Translations under genes and position numbers: made by a program
Assembly: GCA_964495755.1 (NCBI GenBank)
Contig: CAZBXU010000004.1
Span: 1 to 45,446 of the forward strand
DNA: 45,446 bases
Reading direction: 5' to 3'
Source: an uncultured Spirochaetaceae bacterium
Lineage (GTDB): Bacteria > Spirochaetota > Spirochaetia > SZUA-6 > DRHE01
The notes under the pieces: generated by a model
Seen by the model: the letters and a program-made list of their open reading frames with translations, nothing else
Told to the model about the DNA's origin: nothing
Database searches by the model: none
In this document: in pieces, positions 1 to 7,846 of the stretch
Numbering within the stretch: position 1 is the stretch's first letter
Layout: the number at the start of each line of letters is the position of its first letter

Positions 1-2
1 AT

Positions 3-344
3 TCCTTCGGGGGCGAGATGTATGTCATCCTCTCGGGAAAAGCACAGGTGTACAAGATGATCGATGGTCACAGAATCGACCTGGCGTATGAGGAGGAAGG
101 CGATTTTTTCGGCGAGATTTCTCTCTTGATCAACTGCCCTCGTACTGCATCCGTGGTAGCAGTTGAAGCCACGGAAGTCCTCGTCCTTAGTAAAACCAGC
201 TTCATCGACAAGATTGTATCAGATCCACGTTTTGCTCTAACAATGGCGACAACCATGGCAAAGCGCCTGGAAGAGGCACATAAGGTCATTTCCAAACTCG
301 AAGGAGAGCGGAGAAGCCTCGAGTTGCTCTATCAGACCAAATAG
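3..344 (+). CDS. cyclic-nucleotide-binding (cNMP/Crp N-terminal-like) domain protein, probably 5'-truncated by the window edge
   Basis: MYVILSG...GDFFGEISL...PRTASVVA cNMP phosphate-binding cassette. The frame stays open upstream of ATG 18 (S-F-G-G-E-M). No HTH at the C-terminus. Confidence 0.85.
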   Translation, partial: SFGGEMYVILSGKAQVYKMIDGHRIDLAYEEEGDFFGEISLLINCPRTASVVAVEATEVLVLSKTSFIDKIVSDPRFALTMATTMAKRLEEAHKVISKLEGERRSLELLYQTK

Positions 345-413
345 CCGCCCAAGACAAATGAGAAACTTCGAGTCTTCTAGTTTGAAACTCCATGGAAAGG
401 ACCGGTAAAACCC

Positions 414-1949
414 GTGGCCGATCTATCAAGTGAGGTAAACCAGTCGATGTTCGGGAATATTGACTTGGGGACGATTCAGCAATCTGTCAGCAAATCGATT
501 CCGGTCACGTTTAGACTCAAATCTTTCGCCAGGAACCAACACGGAGTGCTTGACAGGATCCTCGAGGTTTTCCTCTCGGAACTCGGCTTGGAAGGGATAC
601 GTGAGTCCCTGTCCTACTGCACCAAAGAACTCATCTTCAACGCACAGAAGGCGAACGCAAAACGTATTTACTTTCAGAATAAAGGACTTTCCATCACTGA
701 TCCTGATGATTACAAGAAAGGAATGAAACAGTTTCTGTACTTTCTCACCAAAACCGCTGGAAAGGAAGATCAGCAGCAGGGCGGCGGTGATTTCGATGTC
801 GCTCTGACGATTCACAGTTCCGGGGATATGTTCAATATTAGAGTACGCAATAAAGGAGAAATGACAGAACAGGAGTCCTCCCGCATCTACGATCGAATCA
901 TCAAAGCACGTGGATTCAGCTCCTTTTATGAAGCTCTGAACTCAGTACGGGACGTCACCGAAGGCGCAGGACTGGGCATCGTCATTCTGATTCAATTCCT
1001 CAAACGGATTGGTCTTGGTGAGGAGGCCTTCTCTATCGAATCGGAGGAAGGCTCAACAACAGCATTTTTACAAATTCCGGTATCCAAGGTACAACTCGAC
1101 AAGATACATGCCCTTGCGGAGGTGGTAGCTCGCGACATCGATTCCCTGCCCCATTTTCCGGAAAACGTCATGGTCCTTCTGGCCATGACAAGAGATCCAG
1201 AATCACAAATCACCATGATCGCTAAAAAGATCAGCGCCGATCCCACCCTTACCGCAGATCTGCTCCGGTTGGTGAACTCGGCCTACTTCATGCTCCCCCG
1301 CCGCCTGATCGATATCCTGGAAGCTGTTAAGCTTATCGGGATCAAAGGTCTGCAAAACCTTCTGTTTTCATACGGCACCCAAAAAATCCTCGGCCAGACG
1401 TACAGAAATATGCAAGAACTCTGGGCTCATTCGTATCAAACAGCCCTGTACGCTTTTCTTTTAGCCCGTAGTATAAAGCGCTCCTACAGTAAGCTTGATG
1501 ACGTATACGTGGCGGGAATCCTTCACGACTTGGGGCTCATCGTTGTTTCCTATTTACACCCCGCGCTACACGAGAAAATACGCGATTTTTGCAGGGAAAA
1601 GCATATCCCACTCAAGGTACTGGAGGATTTCTCTTACGGATTGAATCACGCGGATACCGGTGCGCTTATCGCAAGCAAGTGGAACTTTCCCGACCAGCTC
1701 GTCGAAGGGATAAAATATCATCACGAACCGCTGAACGCCGGCGTTCCCTATAAGGATGTCGTGTTTTGTGTGTATCTGGCCAACATTATGAGCAATATGG
1801 AGCGGGGACTGGTTAGTTTCGAACAGATCGAAACTCCAGTACTTCACGATTTCGGTATCAAAGACGAAGCGCAATTCCAAAAAATCCACGCACAGTTCAA
1901 GCTTGTATATGAGCAGCAGCTGACCAGGCTATCCGCTGCAAAACAGTAG
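414..1949 (+). CDS. HDOD domain protein with N-terminal GHKL/HATPase-like domain
   Basis: C-half: LPHFPE, ISADPTLTADLLRLVNSAYF, LWAHS, AGILHDLG, NHADTGALIASKWNFP, YHHEP (HDOD). N-half: ELIFNAQKA (N-box-like) and EGAGLGI (G2-box-like). Start uncertain (GTG 414 or ATG 447). Confidence 0.85.
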   Translation: MADLSSEVNQSMFGNIDLGTIQQSVSKSIPVTFRLKSFARNQHGVLDRILEVFLSELGLEGIRESLSYCTKELIFNAQKANAKRIYFQNKGLSITDPDDYKKGMKQFLYFLTKTAGKEDQQQGGGDFDVALTIHSSGDMFNIRVRNKGEMTEQESSRIYDRIIKARGFSSFYEALNSVRDVTEGAGLGIVILIQFLKRIGLGEEAFSIESEEGSTTAFLQIPVSKVQLDKIHALAEVVARDIDSLPHFPENVMVLLAMTRDPESQITMIAKKISADPTLTADLLRLVNSAYFMLPRRLIDILEAVKLIGIKGLQNLLFSYGTQKILGQTYRNMQELWAHSYQTALYAFLLARSIKRSYSKLDDVYVAGILHDLGLIVVSYLHPALHEKIRDFCREKHIPLKVLEDFSYGLNHADTGALIASKWNFPDQLVEGIKYHHEPLNAGVPYKDVVFCVYLANIMSNMERGLVSFEQIETPVLHDFGIKDEAQFQKIHAQFKLVYEQQLTRLSAAKQ

Positions 1950-1965
1950 CGCGCGGGAATACGCA

Positions 1966-2616
1966 CTACATGCCCAATAAGTTGAACAGACCGCTGTATA
2001 GCTTTCCCGTTAGGAATCCGATGGGCAGAAGATTGTATCCTGTGAAACTACCCAAAAGAATTGCGGCAATAAGGATGAAACGGCCGTAGCGGTTGAAAGC
2101 AATTTTGAATCCGGAATATCTGTCAGGGATGAGAGACAAGAGAATATGCGATCCGTCCAAGGGAGGTATCGGAAACAGGTTGAATACTGCGAGCAACAGA
2201 TTGATCCAGATGAAGTAGGCGAGGATTTGGTATAGGATTTCGCCGAAGCCGCCGATATAGAAAATCCCGGAGGCTACTGTCAGCAGGGTCTTCAGCAACA
2301 ATCCGAATCCAATTCCAAACAACAGATTTGAGAATGGACCAGCCAGGGATACGAGTATCTCATCGTTCTTGGGATTCTTGAAGTTGTTGGGATTGATCTG
2401 GACGGGTTTTGCCCACCCAAACCCGGCAAACAGGATCATGAGCAGCCCTATCAGTTCGATGTGGGCCAGCGGATTCAGGGTTAGACGGCCCTGATCCCGG
2501 GGTGTGGTGTCCCCGAGTCTAACCGCAACAATGGCATGAGAAAACTCATGAATCGTGAATCCGACCAATATGGCCGGCAGAATCAGTGCGATTCTTCTGA
2601 GATCAAGGTTTAACAT
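1966..2616 (-). CDS. site-2 protease family (M50) membrane zinc metalloprotease
   Basis: HEFSH zinc motif, GRLTLNPLAH, AGPFSN, FNLFPIPPLDGS; multiple hydrophobic segments. Confidence 0.93.
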   Translation of the reverse strand: MLNLDLRRIALILPAILVGFTIHEFSHAIVAVRLGDTTPRDQGRLTLNPLAHIELIGLLMILFAGFGWAKPVQINPNNFKNPKNDEILVSLAGPFSNLLFGIGFGLLLKTLLTVASGIFYIGGFGEILYQILAYFIWINLLLAVFNLFPIPPLDGSHILLSLIPDRYSGFKIAFNRYGRFILIAAILLGSFTGYNLLPIGFLTGKLYSGLFNLLGM

Positions 2617-2780
2617 GAACTATATTATATACACTCGCAGGACATTTTAGTAGCAAGAATCCGTTTCCTTGAATAATTCGTGCCGTTCGAGTAGCAAAAA
2701 CGTGCAGATGGGGCGATCGACCTTTAGGTTGCGATAGGGGCGTGGTCACGGCGCACCGCCGCTTCGGCGTACCGCAACCG

Positions 2781-3908
2781 CTAAGATTGCGGTATGTTTT
2801 TTATATAACAACGCCTGCGCTTATGCTGTCGGGCAGCGTAAAGTTTCCAGATCGCCTGGACCTGGGTGTTGGTTTCCAGCTCCACGCTTGTTTCGGCGCT
2901 GATTATCCCGTTTTTTATGGAATTCCTCGTCATCTCTGTCATCAGGATGGCCGTAATCCCCCGGGACTGATAATCCGGGCGAACCGCAACCAGCAGAAAG
3001 TCGATATACTTTGGGAACTTCAAAGCCCGCAGAAGATGAATGAATCCGAAGGGAAACAGCCGTCCTTTGGATCGCTGCAGGGCCCGCGACAGGGAGGGCA
3101 TAGCGATGCCGAAGGCGATCAGGGCGTCATTCTCGTCGGTGATAAATCGTACAAAGTCCGGATGAATGAAACCAAAGTACTGCTTGATATACACATCGAT
3201 CTGCTCATCGGTCAGGGTAACGAATCCGTACAGATCAGAGTAGGCCTTGTTGATCAGATCGAACATTTTTTTCGCGTAGGGAACCATATCTTTCTTCTTA
3301 GCGTCGACGATCCTCAGTTTGCTCCTCTTCAGCACAAGATTTTGAAGCCGCAGTGCTTTCTCCGGGATTTCCTGCGGGACGTGGACTTCGAACTCGACCC
3401 AATCTACATCCTTATCGTACCCCAACTCCCGCATATGCTCGGGATAGTAGGGGTGGTTGTACAGGGTTGCCATCGTGCCCAGCTCTTCGAAACCTTCAAT
3501 AAGCATTCCCTCCCCATCCATATCGGTGAATCCAAGCGGACCATGAACCGCCGTCATGCCGTTATCTCTCGCCCATTGTTCAACAGCCTCCAGGAGAGCT
3601 TTGGAGACCGATTTGTCATCGATAAAGTCAAACCAGCCGAATCGGCAGTATTTATTTCCCCATTTTTCAACATATCGATCGTTGATGATGCCTGCGATAC
3701 GGCCGACCAATTGGCTGTCCTTATCCGCCAGGAAATACTTCACGCGGCAATGTTTGAAAGCGGGATTTTTCTTCGCTTCCAGGGTGTTCCACTCATCCAT
3801 CAGGAGAGGAGGGATCCAGTATTTGTTTTTTTTATACAGTTTGAACGGAAACTTGATAAATCGACCCAGATCTTTCTTGGTCTGTACTTCATGAATCGTG
3901 AGACTCAT
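2781..3908 (-). CDS. tandem-GNAT acyltransferase, YghO / bacterial ceramide synthase-like family
   Basis: FIKFPFKLY...WIPPL, VGRIAGIIN, FGWFDFIDD, GPLGFTD..EGMLIEGF, YNHPYY; C-terminal acyl-CoA motif AVRPDYQSRG. Confidence 0.8.
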   Translation of the reverse strand: MSLTIHEVQTKKDLGRFIKFPFKLYKKNKYWIPPLLMDEWNTLEAKKNPAFKHCRVKYFLADKDSQLVGRIAGIINDRYVEKWGNKYCRFGWFDFIDDKSVSKALLEAVEQWARDNGMTAVHGPLGFTDMDGEGMLIEGFEELGTMATLYNHPYYPEHMRELGYDKDVDWVEFEVHVPQEIPEKALRLQNLVLKRSKLRIVDAKKKDMVPYAKKMFDLINKAYSDLYGFVTLTDEQIDVYIKQYFGFIHPDFVRFITDENDALIAFGIAMPSLSRALQRSKGRLFPFGFIHLLRALKFPKYIDFLLVAVRPDYQSRGITAILMTEMTRNSIKNGIISAETSVELETNTQVQAIWKLYAARQHKRRRCYIKNIPQS

Positions 3909-4014
3909 AGATTCCCCTTGTCTTTAACTCCATTCTTGATACTACACATAACAGAAATTTGCAACTCGATGATTTTCCTATTTCACCGATTCTAAAGAGC
4001 GTTTCGGGATATTG

Positions 4015-4023
4015 TGCTATACT
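4015..4023 (+). promoter_or_regulatory. extended -10 promoter element (TGcTATACT)
   Basis: TG-n-TATACT in the AT-rich divergent intergenic region, ~30 nt upstream of ATG 4055. Confidence 0.45.
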
Positions 4024-4054
4024 GCAAAACAAAGATGATTGCACAGTCAGAATC

Positions 4055-4795
4055 ATGCCGGATCGAGTAAAGGATATCCTGTTCATTCGACAGTACCCAA
4101 CACCGCTTGAGAAGGAGGGGCGGGTACGGCGATGGATCGAATCTATCACCGATCCAAGAGGAACGACAGCGGCTTGGTCCGGCCACAGGATCACCTTTTA
4201 TTTCCCGGGTGTGGGCACGAGATTGCGGCGGCCGCATCCGGATCTCATCTCCCGTATCAATACGGGGCAGATATCAGATATAGTGGATGTCGGCGGTGCA
4301 GGAGCCCTGGATCCCCGGCTGAACAGGGGGGACCTGGTGCTGAGCAGTAAAGATATCTGTATCGACAATTCCCAGCCTCTGCCGGTCAAAAGACGAGCGG
4401 AAATCGGGGGTATTCTGGCGACCCTGGCCGATCGCCGTCAGGTTCTGTTCCAGACGGGAAGGATCTTGACCCACCACAATCTCGTCATATCCCGCGCAAG
4501 GCGTCTTGAGCTGTTCCAAGTAACCGGGTGCTCCGTCGTCCAGATGGAGCATTGTTGGTTCCTCCGTGCATTGCAGGAGTGGGTACACCCGGAAGCTTTT
4601 GCCTCGCTTCATGTAACTCATGTCGAAATGGTATCGGATGCGGTTCCCAAGAGCGACAACGCCCTTTCTTCTCTGTTCGAACTCTGCCATGTGATCAATA
4701 CCTGTGTTCTGTTTAACCAGAGAAGCCTTGGACGCCTTAAAAGCGAAGTTTTGGAGCTTTGGCTGCGTCGATCCGCGGATCCTCAGGGCAGTTGA
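4055..4795 (+). CDS. divergent nucleoside phosphorylase/nucleosidase-fold (PNP_UDP_1-like) protein
   Basis: VGGAGALDPRLNRGDLVL and TGRILT...VVQME match the G.aG.l...l..GDlv and vdME motifs. ATG 4055 is preferred over TTG 3959 because the extended -10 lies between them. Confidence 0.6.
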   Translation: MPDRVKDILFIRQYPTPLEKEGRVRRWIESITDPRGTTAAWSGHRITFYFPGVGTRLRRPHPDLISRINTGQISDIVDVGGAGALDPRLNRGDLVLSSKDICIDNSQPLPVKRRAEIGGILATLADRRQVLFQTGRILTHHNLVISRARRLELFQVTGCSVVQMEHCWFLRALQEWVHPEAFASLHVTHVEMVSDAVPKSDNALSSLFELCHVINTCVLFNQRSLGRLKSEVLELWLRRSADPQGS

Positions 4796-6144
4796 GGCAC
4801 GTCCCGGGAATCTCCCTGAATCATACTCTCTATGAGTTTCTGAGACCTCTTTCTACCGGAGCTGCCGACCAGGTCGACCAGCTGCTGGAACTCCCCCCTG
4901 TCCTCCAAACGCTTCAGGGCCGGATACAAGGTCTTCAGTTCCAGGAATCCACGCCTGATATCGAGCTTGAAGCTAGGCAGACGGGAGCTGCCTCTGCGGC
5001 CGCTTTCCAGGCTTTTACGAAAGCGATAATCTTCGTCCAGGGCGGGGCAGATACTCTTTCCGGCCAGCTTACGCACCAGCTCGGTCTGCACCATCTCCCT
5101 TAGTCTATCCAGGTTGGTCCCGGACCTGTATTTCACGGGAATGGAAACGGTTACCAGCAACTCCCCGTCGGTGGTGTACTGATTCAGCCAGTCGGTGTAA
5201 AATCCCTTTTCCAGATTGATCGGGGTCGCCCTGGACCGGAAGGTGATGTTCTTGTACTCTCTCAGTTTGTCTTGTACCAGGGAAATCTGCCGCTGCAGAT
5301 CCCTGCTGCCCGGATTGGCCTCCAAATCTTTTCGCAGCTGAGGCATGAGCTCTGTTTCAAGATAGTACACCGCTTGAGAGAGGGGCATCTTCATCCGTTC
5401 CGAGGACAGTCGAACTTCCTCTCCCTCCCCGATTCCGTAGGGCGGATCCTGTTGACCTTCAGGGGCGAGAATCGGAAGGAAGAAATTGACCAATCGGCGG
5501 AAGAAAAGAGGCAAGTCTTCTGTTTTGAATGCTGGGGGGTACCGATCGTCCGGCGCCATGAATTTGCGAATTGAATCTACAACGGCCTGGGAAAGGATCT
5601 TGATTTTCTTGGCGTCATTGATCTTGGCCTCGAAGAACACCCCGCCTCCGCTGAGAATGAACCTCTCGAACCCGTCCCTGACCTTGGTGTAGGCTTCAGC
5701 CTCGGTAATCAGGTCTTTCTGGTCCTCGGAAATATTCATGTTACGAAGCTCTTCAAGCAGATTTACCGAGTCGGTGGATCTGGCACGGATGATCTGCGCA
5801 GCGGAGGATTCGCCGTCGGGTTCCGATTTTGCGGGGTCAAAACGAGCGAGAAGATGATTCGCGATCTCGAACTTCACAGCCGCAAGCTCCAATAACGAAT
5901 CCAGATCCTTGAGTCCCGAAAACTTCAGGTTTTCCTCGCTCACCCGGTTCTGGAGGGTCGCCTCATGGTCAAGCATTTCCTGGAGAGTCCGATCTTTTCC
6001 TCCTTCTAAGAAACGATCCATCCTCCAACCTTTCCGGCTGTCCGCTGCCTCGTGGCTGCTTAAGGAGCTTAGATACCCTAGAAGGTACTCAGATCGAGGC
6101 CGAACCGTCAAAACTACAGGTCGGCGCCACAAAAAAAAGGACAT
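4783..6144 (-). CDS. hypothetical protein (helical, charged)
   Basis: 453-codon ORF with protein-like composition and no recognised motif; start may be 6144 or 6021. Confidence 0.7.
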   Translation of the reverse strand: MSFFLWRRPVVLTVRPRSEYLLGYLSSLSSHEAADSRKGWRMDRFLEGGKDRTLQEMLDHEATLQNRVSEENLKFSGLKDLDSLLELAAVKFEIANHLLARFDPAKSEPDGESSAAQIIRARSTDSVNLLEELRNMNISEDQKDLITEAEAYTKVRDGFERFILSGGGVFFEAKINDAKKIKILSQAVVDSIRKFMAPDDRYPPAFKTEDLPLFFRRLVNFFLPILAPEGQQDPPYGIGEGEEVRLSSERMKMPLSQAVYYLETELMPQLRKDLEANPGSRDLQRQISLVQDKLREYKNITFRSRATPINLEKGFYTDWLNQYTTDGELLVTVSIPVKYRSGTNLDRLREMVQTELVRKLAGKSICPALDEDYRFRKSLESGRRGSSRLPSFKLDIRRGFLELKTLYPALKRLEDRGEFQQLVDLVGSSGRKRSQKLIESMIQGDSRDVPQLP

Positions 6145-6222
6145 CGGATCTCAACATAAATGGGAATTTATACCAATTTTTAAATAAATTTACGGTCTTA
6201 TGTAACCTTCTGCCGTAGACGT

Positions 6223-6231
6223 TGTTATAAT
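6223..6231 (+). promoter_or_regulatory. extended -10 promoter (TGtTATAAT) with no downstream + strand CDS
   Basis: perfect TG-n-TATAAT immediately upstream of the 6247-6288 hairpin. Confidence 0.5.
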
Positions 6232-6237
6232 TTGTAA

Positions 6238-6297
6238 CTAAGAGAACGGGGCCCCTGGGATTTACACCTCCTTTACCCGGGGGCCCCGCCTCCTTCT
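6238..6297 (+). ncRNA. candidate small RNA: 13-bp hairpin with anti-SD loop (alternatively terminator of the minus-strand operon)
   Basis: stem 6247-6259/6276-6288 with one U-G pair on +; 16-nt loop containing CACCUCCUUU; second CCUCCUU at 6289-6295. Confidence 0.4.
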
Positions 6298-6586
6298 ACA
6301 GATAGCGCTGCAGGTTTCTCTTGGCTTCGTCCAATCCCCGCAGGTACTCCGTACGTTCGGCCTCTGAAAGCGGGGTGTCCTTGGCTTTCCCTGCCTGACC
6401 AAAGGTAAAAAAGCGGGTCTTCTGGAAGCGAAGGAGTGGCTCGGAGCTCTTACCGAATACCTCCTCCAGTTTCTTCTCCACCTTCTCCTTCCAATCCTTG
6501 AACTTGGATTCTTCGGGCTGACGTGACTTCAAGCCTTCGCTATCGCTTACCAGGGATTGAAGCTTAGAGCGGTCTTCAACTGTCAT
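6296..6586 (-). CDS. small helical hypothetical protein; stand-alone homologue of the N-terminal domain of the 36189-36851 protein
   Basis: GGAGG RBS 10 nt upstream; motif FKDWKEKVEKKLEEVFGKSS. Confidence 0.8.
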   Translation of the reverse strand: MTVEDRSKLQSLVSDSEGLKSRQPEESKFKDWKEKVEKKLEEVFGKSSEPLLRFQKTRFFTFGQAGKAKDTPLSEAERTEYLRGLDEAKRNLQRYL

Positions 6587-6613
6587 CTTCGTTGTTCCTC
6601 CATGTGTACTCTT

Positions 6614-7456
6614 CTACTGTGGGAAAAGTTCTTCCTTGAATGGCTCGAAATAATGGTTTGCCATAAATGATAGCGGTTTCACCGCCATAACAAAATGCTC
6701 GGATAGTTGCAGCAGCACTGGGATGATATCCTGCAATCGGTGCCGTTCGACCTGTGTCAGCGATTCATGCTCCATCAACTCGGCATACTCCGCTGCTGCT
6801 CTGTAAAAATAACGGCCGTAGTTTTCAAGCTCGTGTTTTCCCTTGTCTGCGATCGAGGCGGGAATACGTTTCACCTGGATCTGATCCGGGAAAATTCCCC
6901 GAGTAAACAGGCAGATGTCGGCTATGCGTTTGTAGGAGGGAAAACGTTGCTCTTCGGAAAGCACCTCGCTGTAGCGGATCAGGCTTTCGATATCAAAATC
7001 GCTGAAGCGATACTTTCTCCAGATCCCCTTGCGAACTCGAATCTGGGTAGTGAAACTGTTGATACGAACGAAGGAAACCAGCATATCCGCCATGTAATTG
7101 CGTATACGGCGATCCTCCAGGAACTCCACAACCATAGCGCTGTCAAACACCAGGGCGTGGCTCCCGAAGTCGTTCTCCACGGTATAGGAACGATCCTTGA
7201 GCTCCACCTTCGCATGGTTCAGCAGAACCGTAAAAAACAATTTGGGGGATACCCGAAGCAAGGATTCCGGATCGTCGGTCAGAATACGAAAGAGTTTTTC
7301 ATCCGCCAGCATCCCCTCCAGAATATCCTCGTCCTCCCGGAGAATCCGGACCATGCGCTGCCGCTGTTCATATCCGGGCATGAGCACTCGAACGAGAAAC
7401 AGCAGGTCGCCGTCGGTCAACATCCAGGATGTTTCTTTCATAACTCCATTGTTCAA
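6614..7456 (-). CDS. conserved hypothetical protein
   Basis: 280-codon ORF co-oriented 27 nt upstream of the 96-aa gene; motif YKRIADICLFTRGIFPD...YGRYFY; start may be the second Met (MKETSW). Confidence 0.8.
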   Translation of the reverse strand: MNNGVMKETSWMLTDGDLLFLVRVLMPGYEQRQRMVRILREDEDILEGMLADEKLFRILTDDPESLLRVSPKLFFTVLLNHAKVELKDRSYTVENDFGSHALVFDSAMVVEFLEDRRIRNYMADMLVSFVRINSFTTQIRVRKGIWRKYRFSDFDIESLIRYSEVLSEEQRFPSYKRIADICLFTRGIFPDQIQVKRIPASIADKGKHELENYGRYFYRAAAEYAELMEHESLTQVERHRLQDIIPVLLQLSEHFVMAVKPLSFMANHYFEPFKEELFPQ

Positions 7457-7492
7457 CTTTTTTTCTGTTTATCAAGATCAAAATCAGATTTG

Positions 7493-7522
7493 TTGACGCA
7501 GGGTTGCGGACCTTGTTATTGT
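7493..7522 (+). promoter_or_regulatory. sigma70-type promoter for the 64-aa gene
   Basis: TTGACG-18-TATTGT with TG extension. Confidence 0.5.
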
Positions 7523-7557
7523 AGCGGTAGGAGCATGAGAAAAAGAGGGGGCATGTC

Positions 7558-7752
7558 ATGATAAAGATCTTTCAAGGTGATTATCAAAGCGTTCAGCGCG
7601 ACGCGAACAATTGGATCGAAGTGTACAACCCGGCGATTGTCGACTTCAAACAATCGATGTGCGTCATGGAGCACAATATCATCGTACTCCTGACCTTTAC
7701 CTACGATTCGAAATCGGAAACACAGAAAGTTCGGTACAGGATAAACAAGTAG
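7558..7752 (+). CDS. small hypothetical protein (weak resemblance to Cse60/DUF2758-like small proteins)
   Basis: own promoter, GAGGGG RBS; pattern IKIF...VQRDANNWIE.....IVDFKQS...IIVLLTF. Confidence 0.65.
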   Translation: MIKIFQGDYQSVQRDANNWIEVYNPAIVDFKQSMCVMEHNIIVLLTFTYDSKSETQKVRYRINK

Positions 7753-7772
7753 GGCAGAGGCCGGGATCGGAT

Positions 7773-7818
7773 AAAAAAGCCCGCAACCTCAGGAGGGGGG
7801 TCCTTTCAGCCGCGGGCT
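7773..7818 (-). terminator. rho-independent terminator (may also act on the convergent 64-aa gene)
   Basis: GC-rich stem with two G-U pairs on the minus strand, followed by a U6 run (7778-7773). Confidence 0.75.
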
Positions 7819-7840
7819 AAAAACTAAGGAGGAAATTGTC
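7773..7840 (-). ncRNA. candidate ~70-nt small RNA with anti-SD 5' segment and intrinsic terminator
   Basis: minus strand GACAAUUUCCUCCUUAGUUUUU-AGCCCGCGGC-UGAA-AGGA-CCCCCC-UCCU-GAG-GUUGCGGGCU-UUUUU; upstream promoter; no ORF. Confidence 0.6.
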
Positions 7841-7846
7841 TAACTA

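Noticed and set aside
2742-3995. 417-aa + strand ORF
   Set aside because: Antisense shadow of the GNAT gene; no motifs, atypical composition
6265-6274. Match to 16S rRNA 3' tail suggesting an rRNA remnant
   Set aside because: Flanks show no helix-45 sequence (GGAAGGUGCGGCUGGAU); only the anti-SD decamer matches
6707-7561. 284-aa + strand ORF
   Set aside because: Antisense shadow of the 280-aa gene
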